NCBI RefSeq assembly: GCF_006345805.1
Contig: NC_042997.1
Coordinates: forward strand, 211,978,001 to 212,042,000
From: Octopus sinensis
Taxonomy: Eukaryota
Direction of reading: 5' to 3'
DNA: 64,000 nucleotides
Positions within the stretch are counted from its first letter, which is position 1; each line of letters starts with the position of its first letter. Positions 63,507 through 64,000 of the stretch are shown one piece after another. The notes beneath the pieces were generated by a model. That model ran no database searches. It was not told the DNA's origin and worked only from the letters and a program-made list of their open reading frames with translations. Made by a program: the position numbers and the translations under genes.

Positions 63507-64000
63507 AAGCCATTTATTAAAATGTCTGTGTTTTTCATAAATCATCTGATCAGCTTCTAAGAAATCATTTCAGGGAAAATAACAATCATACACGTACGTA
63601 TATACATGCATACATACACACATACACATACAGTGACACCATTTCGTTTGAAGACAAGAGTGTACTGACGAGTAAACAATAATTACCTGTTTTTTTATTT
63701 AATTATTTCTGATTCCAACTATTAAACTATACGAGAACTTTTGTCTTTTAAATCAAGTAAATTTAAACATTTCAAATTAGCCTAATGCAATTACTGATAG
63801 TATCAATAACTTCCACAAATTGATTTACCAACAAACTGGATTCCGATGCATTAAAGAAAGAGAAGTGAGAAGAATAAAGCACTAAGTATTGGTCAGGGAC
63901 CGATTACCCAGTGAGGCACCTGAAATTTCTCAGAATGGAATCATATCTATAACTTCAATGGTCAAATTGTCTGGATTTTTTTCTTATTTTCTTCCTATTA

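Overview
Repeat-dense eukaryotic DNA, very likely a coleoid cephalopod (Octopus-type repeat families; inferred, not database-verified). The only supportable host gene is a minus-strand phosphatidate cytidylyltransferase (CDP-diacylglycerol synthase, CDS1/CDS2/Cds family). Eight GT-AG exons between 41126 and 16455 splice in frame to 353 C-terminal residues plus TAG and carry the [27 protein letters not shown] signature. I could not find the N-terminal exons; they probably lie beyond 64000. A ~6 kb stretch downstream of the stop (about 10370-16454), free of the interspersed repeat families seen elsewhere, looks like a long 3' UTR. The rest is RTE, CR1 and R4/Dong-like LINE relics, three or four SINE families, Tc1/mariner relics and MITEs, piggyBac-type MITEs, a non-autonomous Helitron, minisatellites and microsatellites. 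The best leads are two intronic type I hammerhead ribozyme motifs in short Penelope-like relics (49823-49873 plus strand, canonical core; 39570-39607 minus strand, CCGACGA variant core, sense to the pre-mRNA), and a high density of long fold-back structures. The fold-backs include nested inverted repeats in the last intron that could be ADAR substrates. Most ORF-track entries are spurious repeat or microsatellite frames.
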